DNA of 64,000 bases from Takakia lepidozioides (Eukaryota > Plantae > Bryophyta), in assembly GCA_030704615.1 (NCBI GenBank), contig CM060731.1:31558001-31622000 (forward strand). The letters are read 5' to 3'. Under the pieces are notes generated by a model, which saw only the letters and a list, made by a program, of their open reading frames with translations, was not told the origin of the DNA and searched no databases. The first letter of the stretch is position 1. Each line of letters begins with the position of its first letter. Shown in pieces: positions 14,756-25,004 of the stretch. The position numbers and the translations under genes are program-made.

Positions 14756-17356
14756 TTATGGTAGCGTACAAATATGACTCTGACGATGAGGTGCTGCTAA
14801 AGATCTATGTGTAAGTGGTGTTTCATGCAGGCCAAGCAATGATCAAAGACCAGCTCTGGCGGGAGTTCTTCTCCGATCCTTCAGAGTGGTGGGACAACAG
14901 GTTTGATAAGGTGAATCAATCTTCATGGAGGTCATCAAAAAGTTTGTCAAATAGGATTGGTGTTTTGATGATGTTTTGTGGACTGGATGCTTTCTGCATT
15001 TGCTAAATTGATGACAATTTCAGTTTGTCCAGCAAAAGTGTGGTTCTAACTGTTGCGGTAGGGAGCTTTGGTGGTGGTAGCCTGGTTTATGCGAGGCTGT
15101 GGTTGAAGCTGCGGCTGCTCAGCTACTCAGCTACGACTGGTGGTTTCACAGAGTAGTCCAAGGTCACCGGACTTCAGACATAAGCGTGCAAAGGAGGCTC
15201 TTTGGATTGATGGTTGGTCAAACCCTCCTTGGGTGAAAGCAGAGCTAGCTGCCATGATGCAAGGTCAAGCACAATGTGGTGATGTTAGGATGTTAAGTAT
15301 GGCAGGACGCCTGAAAGAGGCCATGTGCATTTTGAAGCAACGAGGCATTTCAGCAGACTTTGATACATATGTCTGCCTATTGCAAGAGTGTGTCAGAAAG
15401 CAAGCCTTAGTAGAGGGGAAGCAGGTACATGCCCACATTATCAAAAGGGGATTTAAGCCAGACATTTTTCTACTCAACATCCTTGTCAACATGTATGCCA
15501 AGTGCGGGAGCCTGGTGGATGCACAGGCAGTTTTTGACAAAATGCCTGAAAGAAATGTGTTTACGTGGACCATAATGATAGCAGGATATGTGAAGCATGT
15601 GTGTTACGGGGAGGCTTTCAACATGTATGACAAAATGATACTGGAAGGGGTGACGCCTAACAGTGTCACCTTCACTTGTGTTCTCAAGGCATGCACCAGC
15701 CTGGCAGCCCTGGATAAGGGCGGAGAGGTCCATGCTGATATTGTCAAAGCTGGAATTAAGCGAGATATAATTTTGGACACTGCCCTCATTGACATGTATG
15801 CGAAATGTGGAAACATAAAGGATGCCCGTCAAGTGTTCGACAGTATGGCTCAACGCAATGTGGTCTCATGGAATGCAATGGTGGCAGGATATGCCCAACA
15901 TGGTTGTAGTAGGGAGGCGTTCAAGACCTATGAGCAGATGATACGGGAAGGGATGATGCCTGACAAGGTCACATACATTTGTCTTCTCAATGCGTGTGCC
16001 AGCCTGACATCTCTGGAAAAGGGGATAGAGGTCCATGCTGACATCGTTAAAGCTGGAATCGCACCAGACATCATTCTGGAGAACACCCTCGTTGACATGT
16101 ATGCCAAATGTGGTAGCATGACGGATGCATACCAAATTTTCAACAATATGGCTAATCGAGATGTGGTCTCATGGAGCACGATGATTGCAGGATATGGTCA
16201 GCATGGGTGTGGTATGGAGGCTTTCAAGGTCTATGAAAAGATGAAATTGGGAGGGGTGATGCCTGACAAGGTCACATATGTTTGCCTTATCAACGCATGT
16301 GCCAACCTAGCAGTCCTGGAAAAGGGCAAAGAGGTCCATGCTGATATCATCAAAGCTGAGATAGTCTTGGATACTATTCTGGAGACTGCCCTTGTCAATA
16401 TGTATGCCAAATGTGGGAGTATGAAGGATGCGCTGTATGTGTTCGACAAAATGGCTCAACAAAATGTTGTGTCATGGAATGTGGTGATAGGAGGGTATGT
16501 TCAGCATGGCTGTGGTAGGAAAGCTTTCGAGATGTATGAACAAATGATAGGGGAAGGGTTGGCGCCGAACAAGGTCACATTCATGTATATTGTCAATGCA
16601 TGTGCCAGTCTGGCAGCCCTGGAAAAGGGCAGAGAGGTCCATGCTGATATCATGAAAGCTGGAATTGCTCCAGACATCAATCTGGAAACTGCACTGGTTG
16701 ATATGTATGCCAAGTGTGGGAGCATGAAGGATGCATGTCAAGTGTTTGACAATATGGCTGAACAAAATTTGGTCTCTTGGAGCACAATGATTGCAGCATA
16801 TGCTCAGCATGGGTGTGGAGGGCAGGCCCTAAAACTATTTGATCAAATGCTTCGGGAAGACTTGAGGCCGGACAGTATCACCTTTACATGTGTTCTCTCT
16901 GCATGTAGCCATGTGGGACTAGTGGATGAAGGCCGTCACTACTTTGATTCCATGACTAAAGATCATGGACTCATTCCTACGGTGGAGCATTTTGGCTGCA
17001 TGGTGGACCTTCTTAGCCGTGCGGGGCAATTGGATGAGGCAGAGGACTTCATTCTCAAAATGCCAATTGAGCCAGATATTAGGATGTGGGGGGCCTTGCT
17101 TGGAGCCTGCCGAATTCATGGCAATGTGGAGGTAGCAGAACGTGCAGCAAAATGGCTTCTCAAGTGGGATCCACAGGACACTGGAACTTATGAGCTGCTA
17201 TCCAACATCTATGCTGCTGCTGGCAGGTGGGATGATATAGCAAATGTGAGAAATTTGATGCAGGACAGGGGTGTGAGAATGGTGCCAGGGTACAGCTGCA
17301 ATGAGGTGGACATCTGGGCACATACATTCTCTGCAAAAGACAAATTGCATCCATAA
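12718..17356 (+). CDS. PLS-class PPR protein (E1-E2 plus PG box) with an N-terminal OSB-type PDF motif; exons 12718-12922 (tentative targeting exon), 14831-14910, 15152-17356
   Basis: Five LV(N/D)MYAKCG S-motifs at 101-aa period, then P2-L2-S2-E1-E2 (WGALLGACRIHGN, YELLSNIYAAAGRW) and the PG box PGYSCNEV. Exon 14831-14910 splices in phase 0 to give LWREFFSDPSEWWDNRFDK|SSPRSPDFRHKRAKEALWIDGWSNPPWVKAEL. The phase-1 donor at 12923 fits the phase-1 acceptor at 14830, but exon 1 is uncertain. Confidence 0.88.
14720..14751. repeat. (GA)n microsatellite; others at 24-44 (TA), 11114-11143 (GA/GT) and 13237-13258 (GA)
   Basis: Directly visible dinucleotide runs. Confidence 0.95.
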
Positions 17357-17611
17357 AGTGAGGATATCCATGCTGAGCTGAGAAGATGGAGGCCAGATAA
17401 ATGTCTGACATGCATGGTGCATGATCTATGGGAGGAGGGCAAGGAATCCTCTCTTTTCCACCACAGTAAGAAGCTTGCCATTCCTTTTGGACTGATCGAT
17501 TCCCCTGTCACCAAGAACAGCCACACTGCAACTAAGTTCATCTCGAAGATGCTTGGTTGCTCGGCTGTTGCCAGGGATGTGGACTGCTTTCACTACTTGC
17601 AAGTTGCTTGA
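17357..17611 (+). pseudogene. Degenerate DYW deaminase domain remnant after the PPR stop codon
   Basis: HP*SEDIHAEL continues the consensus through the TAA. After a frameshift: VHDLWEEGKESSLFHHSKKLAIPFGLI...TKNSHTATKFISK...ARDVDCFH. HSE has become HSK and the CxxC is deleted. Confidence 0.85.
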
Positions 17612-18915
17612 GCTGATTACTGGTAAACCAGAGTAAATGTGCATGAAACAAATGTGTCATGCTAGAGTGAAGTTGGAAGAATCCTGATATTAATTGGAGG
17701 CATCCTTACTAGGAAGCGCAACAGCAAAATGCAAAATTGATGTTGAACTCCTTTGCAAGTGCTGATTCTTTAGCCTCCTTACTGTCTTTCCTCAGCTTCC
17801 TGGCCTAGGTTTGGTCTCTCTCTGTCAGAGTGGTATCCCCTCTTCATGCCTAATGGCTTCTGCAAGTTTATTTTCCCCTTTCCGAAAAATGATGAGAAGA
17901 GCCTCTGACATAGTAGCACAAATCGAATGACGAGCGTGGGAGAGACTACCATGCAACTAAAAAAGAGTAGTGGGGAGACAGCTCCTGCATGTCCCCAGCG
18001 ACAGCCACTCTTGGCGATGCTTAAGGGTTAAAAGTGACGAAGAAGGTACAATGAGAAGCCCTAGAGAGAGGGGAGTGGAAGGAAAAGGGGAGGCGCGGAG
18101 GATGAAGCGCAACCAGGGGTACAAGGGAGGACACTAGCCAAAACGGCTAAGTCCCTGTCGCACTCACCGCAAAACGCGACATCGCGCCACTACACTCCCT
18201 TGATATATTGTGAGGTACCATGAGATTAGCGTGATGATCTAAAGTAAGACGGGTCTAAAAATAGTAAAAGTTGTATTTTGGAACCTGCTTGTCTCTGATC
18301 TTCGCTCGCCGCGGGCTTCGTCTATCTCGTTGCTACGCTTCTGCGCAGGCTGCTTTGGAGGCCTCTGCTGATCACTCTCTTTTCTTTGACGAGATTCAAG
18401 GGCGAGTTTGTATCGTAGCCTTGGAGTAGGACGGAGCCGTCATCTCACTCTGATTTGTGCACCTGGTCCCCCTAGACGTCGCTGTTGCTTTTCGCCTGTG
18501 GTTTCTCCATGGTGCAGGCTAGGAAGTTTGTACAGTGAGGCGACCAGAAAGTATCCGGATCTTCATTCTGTCTCTACAGAAACAATATTTTATTCAACAG
18601 TTCTGTTTGGAATATACTTCAGAAATCCACGAAGTTTGAGAGCGTCTGGAGCTCCGTGCCAGATGAAATCTCCCTACTTGTGAAAGCGTCCGTCAGGCCG
18701 TATGTATCAGCCAGAGCAATCAGACCACGTCTCCGCAGGAAGGTTATTATATTGCAAGCATTGATTTCCCTGGGAGACGAAACCGTTTTCCAAGTCATCC
18801 GTTGTGGTCCAGGGAGAGAACAGGACTGCAACCCATCCTTGCTTCTCTCACAGGGAAGGAGATTTATTTTTACCTGACAATCAATCCCAGGCAAGAGTAG
18901 TGAGTAAGAGACGAG

Positions 18916-19513
18916 ATGGTGCTGTGGGGTTTTGGCTATGGGTCTCTAGTATGGAAGGCAGGCTTCAAGTACGAGGAGCGGATAGTGGGCTACATCAAAG
19001 GATATCGAAGAGTATTTTACCAAGCTAGCACAGATCACCGAGGGACACCAGAGCACCCTGGGCGGACAGTCACCCTGGAGCCACAAGAGGGGGCAATGAC
19101 ATGGGGCACTGCGTACTCTGTTTCAGGGCGTGGCGAAGAGAAGCTTGTGTTATCGTACCTGGAGCTGAGGGAGTTCGAGTACGATGTGCGAGCCAACATC
19201 GATTTCTACACGGTGGGCTCAACCTTCAAGCCAGCGGTCTCCGGTGTCCTTGTGTACATTGGATCTTCCAACACTCAAAAGAATCACTATTATTTGGGCC
19301 CCGCCCATCTGGAGGACATGACCAGCCAGATTGCCGGGGCCAAAGGTGCAGCAGGGCCAAATTATGAGTACCTATTCCAGCTGGAAGCAGCGCTTTCCGA
19401 AATTGGTTGTGTGGATCAAGAAATCACCGAGCTCGCCCACCCAGGTTCGCAAGCATTTGGGAGGCATGAGAGGGGCACCTCTTTGCACTAGTTGGGAAGT
19501 GAAAGAACAATAG
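18916..19513 (+). CDS. GGCT2: ChaC-family gamma-glutamylcyclotransferase (GGCT2-like), intronless CDS; apparent frameshift near 19440
   Basis: MVLWGFGYGSLVWK, YRRVFYQASTDHRGTPEHPGRTVTL, YLELREFEYD, YYLGPA, GAAGPNYEYLFQL. The expected ending ELAxQVRK lies in another frame that stops at 19513. Confidence 0.88.
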
Positions 19514-19685
19514 TCAAAAGATGAGACAGCAGAAATCTCATTGCCTGACCAAGCCTGCTCAGAGAGAGGTCTATGGGCACAAGGCTGCGGAAAGCAGACT
19601 AGCAAATGCTGCTCTCATTCATCGATAAATTTGAACAATGGTTGTACAAAAACGGGCAAGGCAGGTTTCACAATGTCCAGTCCAG

Positions 19686-19910
19686 ACCAGAGTTGGGCGG
19701 GTATTACCTTTTGTAATACCAGCCGGGTCCGAGTATTGAAAGAAAATTAATTTTCAATACCAGCCGGTTCCATAGTATTGGAAAATTCTCTTAATTTTAA
19801 TACCCGCCGGTTCTCAATAGTAGTATGATTCTTTGATTTGCAGCCGGTATCAATAGGGTGGGTATTCCAATCTAATACCAGCCGGTTATCAACCCGGATA
19901 ATTAAAATTA
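19686..19910. mobile_element. Left arm of a non-autonomous DNA transposon/MITE-like element with AATACCAGCCGG subterminal repeats
   Basis: Four to five copies of AATACC(A/C)GCCGG interleaved with GTATT. The start CAGAGTTGGGCGGGTAT resembles the reverse complement of 61376-61393. Confidence 0.5.
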
Positions 19911-19914
19911 AACT

Positions 19915-20475
19915 TCGGTGCTTTCATGGGGGTTATGAATGTGTTCGAGCAGTTTGGGATAGATGCTCAGAGCATTGATAATGCTCTGGCATCTTATGAA
20001 GCCCACAGAGATGGTGGAGTGCCCCACCTTGTGGTGATGATGCCGGATTCGGCCCCTATTGTCTCTTCTTTAAAACTCCCTACTTAGACAATTCGTTTGT
20101 CTCTGTGATTGTTCAGGAGGTGATTATTAATGTAATTTGTTTCCATTGTCATGCTGAAGGCCATGTTAAGGCAGATTGCCCGATTCTCTTGAAATCAAAG
20201 GCTAATGTGGTTTCCTCACTTGATAATGTGGCGGTGGGCACATCTCAGGATCCAGAGGCGGGCCTTTCTTTCAAGAGAGCAGAGGTGACGCCAACGACGC
20301 CGCCTCCGGCGAAGAGAACCCGTCTGGACCTCTCCCCTGCTTCTATAAGCCCAAGGGTATTCGTGTTGTCCTCTCCTTCGCAGAGTGCACAAGTCAACAC
20401 AGACGATATACCCGCGTTGTTCCCACCACCTCTTCGGGAGGAAGACAGAGCTTGGCCGCCTCTGGGGGAGGGGTG
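19915..20475 (+). mobile_element. L1-type LINE ORF1 fragment (zinc knuckle), piece 1
   Basis: CFHCHAEGHVKADCP (CCHC knuckle) followed by a Pro/Ser-rich linker; contains stop codons. Confidence 0.6.
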
Positions 20476-20700
20476 GGGGGGGGGTTTCACTCTTCATTAG
20501 GCTAGAACACCATCTGCGATCAATACTTTACCGCAGAGGGGGTTTTGAAAAAAAAAACATTGTACGAAATATATGTATGAGAAGGGTATGATTGGTTAAA
20601 ATATTGAAGTGTACGTAGGGGATAATACATTTATATAAACTTTACAAAGATCTATAAATACATATAAGAGTACAAGTTTTTTTTTTTTTTTTTTTTTTTT
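20476..20700 (+). mobile_element. Putative TIR-element end, similar to 45556-45602
   Basis: GGGGGTTTCACTCTTCAT...GCGATCAATAC resembles GGGGGGTTCACTATTCAT...GCGATCAAGAC at 45556. AT-rich interior ending in a poly-T run. Confidence 0.4.
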
Positions 20701-20727
20701 TTTCTGCATTTGTTGATGGGATTGACC

Positions 20728-21440
20728 CTAAGACCTAAGTTTTTGTCTCTTCTTGGGAACTATCACAATGGGTGACAACCAAGTTGTATACTCTATCGGG
20801 TATATAAACTTAGCCTCAGCCAACTTCTTGATCTCTTCTCCAACCTTCTGTGCATAGTTGGGATTCATTCTGTACCTTGCCTGTTTGATTGGTACTGACC
20901 CTGGTTCCAGTTCAATCTTATGCTGACAGATCTCAGGTGTTATCCCTTTTAGATCCTCGTAGCTCCAAGCAAATACATCTCTGTATTTGATGAACAAACT
21001 TTTAGCTTCCTCAAAGAATTCTGGCTCGAAATCAGCCCCTACCTTCACCATCCTTGGTTCCTCTTCAGTTCCCACATTCACTTCTCTCACCTGCTCATCA
21101 GCTGTGATTGTCCAACCAGTCACCACTTCATCCTGTAAACTCACAGTGGCTGGTTCCTCTAGGATTTCCATTTCTCCTTATCTTTCTTCATAGAAATGTG
21201 ATGGATAACTGCTTGTTTCACCTTCAATTGGTGTTGCTGTCACCACACCACAGCATATACCTTTTAAACAACTTAGGCCTTCCAACTGCATCTCTGCAAC
21301 CTGCTCCCACTCTGGGTGTGCAGCGTACAAGGTAGCTTCTTGCTCCTCATCCAGTCCTCCCCTCCAGTCATACTCCCTGACCCCTCGAGGTCTTCTCGTA
21401 GCAGGTAGTCTACTAGATTCCTTAGTGGTAATTTGTATTA
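20728..21440 (-). mobile_element. Gypsy-A family pol fragment (PR-RT linker and RT start)
   Basis: Close reverse-complement copy of ~35425-36125 (EILEEPATVSLQDEVV...WLSPIVIVPKK). Confidence 0.9.
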
Positions 21441-21949
21441 GGTTTAGGTTTAGGGCCTTTGGGGGTTCTTAGTTTTTTTTTTTTTTTTTTTTTTTTTTCT
21501 CATATGGTACTGGGGTAGGGTGTTTGTTTTTGAGGGCAGCTAGGTCATGAGCCCAGCCCCATGAACCTGGGAGCTGGGCTCACGTTTAGCGCAGTAAGCG
21601 TAAGCCTAGGCTCACGCTTGGTAAACATGAGCCCAGGGTCTAGGGTGTATTGGAAACAACACCTATTCCCGAGGACCTAAGAACAGGGCTGTTCCCATTG
21701 GAATGGCCAACACTACCTTCAACTGCACAGCGCAAATAAGAGAATCCAAGAGCACTTTTGGGAAGCGAACAACAGCACAATCCATGCCTATGCAATTATA
21801 GAATATCACCATGTATTACATGATTTGCATAGGACCGGCATATGAGTGAGTGATTGAATGAATACATATACTGAAGCACCACTATATTATTACTTCATTG
21901 TTAGTCAATTTCCACGCATAGTATGAAATGCAGACAAGCAGTATGCCTA

Positions 21950-22300
21950 CTACTTGACCGGTCTCGGACCTGTCACGTTGCAAAAGAGAGTGGACTTCAC
22001 TAGGTGATAGCGTGGCGTGGCCTGGTGAATGTACTGGTCTCTTTAGGGGTCACAACACATCTTGCGCACAAAAATGTAGTAGAAGTGCTTGCAAATAACC
22101 CACTTCTTCTTCCTTCCGAGGCTGCCCTCACGCATGCAAATGAAATCCGGGCAAATGCAGTCCGGACAGGTGCCAATTGTACCCTGATACGCCTTATCTT
22201 GAAGTAGCGAACAGGAAGTGACCATTATGTACTCACGACCAAATCCAGGGGGGAGGAGACTTCCATGATAGATGTCACCCTTGCCTGCAACATCGTCTGT
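21950..22300 (-). pseudogene. SWIM zinc-finger coding remnant inside the CACTA arm
   Basis: PDCICPDF-x13-ICKHFYYIF fits the CxC...CxH SWIM pattern. Confidence 0.6.
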
Positions 22301-22378
22301 CCATCTTTAGTTACAACACTCCGGCATCTATCCCGTGAGTCCGTGAGCCCGGCGAATGCACTTTTGGCAGGTTCCTAC

Positions 22379-23285
22379 ACAGATGCCTTGAAAGTAGTGT
22401 GCGGCACCGCACACTAGTTTCAAGGCATCTGCAGTGCACGTTTTCTTTGCAGCTGCCCATCCCACACACAATTATTACTATTTTATTTTATTATTATTTT
22501 ATTATTTATTTATTCGTTCTCACGCAGATGCCCTGAAAACAGTGTGCGGCACCACACACTATTTTCAGGGCATCTGTGGTGCACGTTTACTCTGCAGATG
22601 CACATCCCACACAAGGTGTTTTATTTATTTATTTATTTACGTTTTTTCTTTTTTTCGTTCCCTGGCAGATGCTCTGGAACAGTGTGCAGCACCGCACACT
22701 GTTTCAGGGCATCTGCGGAGCATGTTTTCTCTGTAGATGCCTATCCCACACAAGGTTGTTTTTTTTTCGTTTTTTCGTTTTTCGTTCCTTGGCAGATGCC
22801 CGGAAAACAGTGTGCGGTGCCGCACACTGTTCCAGGGCATCTGCAGAGAATGTTTTCTCTGCAGATGCCCATCTCACACAAGGGTTTTTTTTTTTTTTTT
22901 TTTTCCGTCATTTTTTCGTTTTTTTGTTCCCTGGCAGAGGCCAGTGTGCGGCACTGTACACTGTTTCAGGGCATCTGCGGAGCATGTTTTCTCTGCAAAT
23001 GTCCATCCCACATAAGTTTATTTTTATTTTATTTTATTTTTATTATTTTTTCGTTCCCTCGCATATGCCCGGAAAACAATGTGCGGCACCGCACACTGTT
23101 TCAGGGCATCTGCGGAGCATGTTTTCTTTGCAGATGCCCATCCCATACAAGTTTTTTTTTTTTTTTTTTTTTTTTTTTCGTTCCGTGGCAGATGCCCGGA
23201 AAACAGTGTGTGCGGTGCCGCACACTGTTTTCAGGGCATTTGCGGAGCACGTTTTCTCTGCATATCCCACACACGTTTTTTTTTT
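22379..23285. repeat. Tandem array of 7 hairpin units (~127-145 bp period) separated by T-rich tracts
   Basis: Units start near 22379, 22524, 22665, 22792, 22934, 23061 and 23188. Core GCAGATGCCC(T/G)GAAAACAGTGTGCGG-CA-CCGCACACTGTTTCAGGGCATCTGC is a ~25-bp-arm palindrome. Confidence 0.95.
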
Positions 23286-24920
23286 CCACCTTTGCCCGCT
23301 GGGGATTGGCAGCTGCACACAAGCTTCAAAGCACAACACCCTTCTTGTTTACGTTCCGCTAAAAAAATCAACCTATACAGACACTCCCCACCCCACCCCG
23401 CCATCGTCCATCCCTCCCTGTCTGATCACCTCCCTCCATATTTCGGATTCTTGAACCCTCTATGATTGGATATGCATTATTGGGTGCGTACATGTGGAGG
23501 GATTGCATACGTGCGTACATACACGATGTGACCACATTCATCTATGCAGATGACTATGCATCCACATCCATTATTTCGTCCCTAACATGTCGGATGATGT
23601 TCCATTCAAATACAACTACATTCATCCATTTCGTGGCATGCAAGGACTTGGTATGTAAACCACATCTAAATGGATGAAACAAGAGATAAAATGGATGTAA
23701 CAGATGTGATCTGGAATAACTGAAAACGGTTAATGTATCCACGGAAATAGGCGACTTCGCGCGCCTTTTTCTGCGACCGTGGCCCTTGGGTTTCAAGTGT
23801 GGAGCAAGGATATAGTCTGCAATAGTTCGCATTATGGCAGACATCCCAACATTACTTATGCCAAATCGAATTTGAAGATTGAGCAAAAGTAAGATTGTTG
23901 AAAGTCGACTCACTTTCGCCCCTTCGTACAAAGGAGTTCTCGCCTCCATGTAAGTTCCAGGGTCAGCCTACTGAACCCTTGTGAGCTTTTCAGCTCATTT
24001 CCTGTAAATATATTTCCATCTTTCCATCTTCCAGCTTATTCATGTGTCGCACCGTCCTCACCCTCGATTCATGCTTGTTCAATTGTGTACCTGCTAAATC
24101 AGAGAAATGGAAGCTGTAAGGTCTCCCATCCCCCAAAACAAAACCAGGCAAAAAACAAAAACCACCCTCAATTCACCCCCAAAATCAACCCCCCCCCCCC
24201 AGGCTGGCCTTGCAACTGCAGGATGTCGAAATTGACGACACATTTTTTTTGGAAGGGGTCGCAAGCCGTGACGGCCGGGCGTCGCAAATCCCATTTGCAG
24301 ACAGCAACGCTCGACACCCCCTGCGACGTGTTTTTTTGGTCCGGGGGTCGCAAGCCGTGACGCCCTTGCGTCGCGGAGCCCACCACCCTGCTTGCGCCAC
24401 GTGTTTTAATTTTTTGATTGAATATAAAGAAAGCGACGCCAGAGCATCGCGGAAACCCACACTCGGGGTCGCGGAGCCCGACTCCTGCTCCTGCTGTTTT
24501 TTTTTTTTGCCACGCCCAATAATCGCTTGGCGTACCACCCGGCTTACGCCACGTGTTTTTTTGGGTTTTAGGATGGAACTCCCGGGTAGGTTAGAAAAAA
24601 AGTGGATGCAACGCCGCACCGTCGCCCCCACCAATGCCGTCGGCTGGAGGGCAGCGACGGCGAGACGTCGCTCGCAGGAGGCCCCTGCCATCGGCGTGGA
24701 CGGCCCGAAAAGCGACGTCTGGCAGTCGCGGGAGTTGGGGTGGGGGCTCGCGACCCCCATACGTCGCATTTTGCGATGTCTTTTTTGGCGACGCCCATGT
24801 GACTGCTGGGCGACGGCCGGGCGTTGCAAATACGGCGCCTGCCCCGTGCCCGAAATGGGCGTTTTCCCCGACGCCGCGGCGTGGCCCGGGCGTGGCAAAC
24901 GCCCCTTTTTTCCTGTAGTG

Positions 24921-25004
24921 TCTGTGTAAGATTCCGTCTTCTTAGCCAGGCTCCTCTGCCGACTACATTCCCCTTGACAACGCTAAACCGGTAGAGGAAG
25001 GGAC
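24921..25004 (+). repeat. Displaced, inverted piece of the Gypsy-C 3' LTR
   Basis: Reverse complement of ~60365-60448. It joins 46503 across the CACTA insertion. Confidence 0.9.

Larger units (their letters stand above)
21500..24920 (-). mobile_element. CACTA (En/Spm) transposon, 5' arm (inverted relative to its partner end at 46502); includes a TnpD/Tnp2 N-terminal remnant at ~23790-23949
   Basis: TIR CACTACAGGAAA (rc at 24909-24920), dense GCGACG/CGTCGC subterminal repeats at 24250-24900, and ARTPLYEGAKVSRLSTILLLLNLQIRFGISN typical of CACTA transposase N-termini. TSD AGA (tct at 24921-24923). The left boundary is approximate. Confidence 0.85.

Noticed and set aside
15265-17119. Multiple antisense ORFs over the PPR gene
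   Set aside because: Shadow frames of the repetitive sense CDS.
22379-23285. CRISPR-like array of palindromic repeats
   Set aside because: The intervening sequences are conserved or poly-T rather than unique spacers, there are no cas genes, and the context is a eukaryotic TE.
22434-23465. Long Phe-rich ORFs (272 and 292 aa)
   Set aside because: Artefacts of the tandem repeat and poly-T tracts.
24185-24929. 237-239 aa Arg/Ala-rich ORFs on both strands (also 45979-46631)
   Set aside because: Stop-poor, GC-rich CACTA subterminal repeats with no protein motifs.
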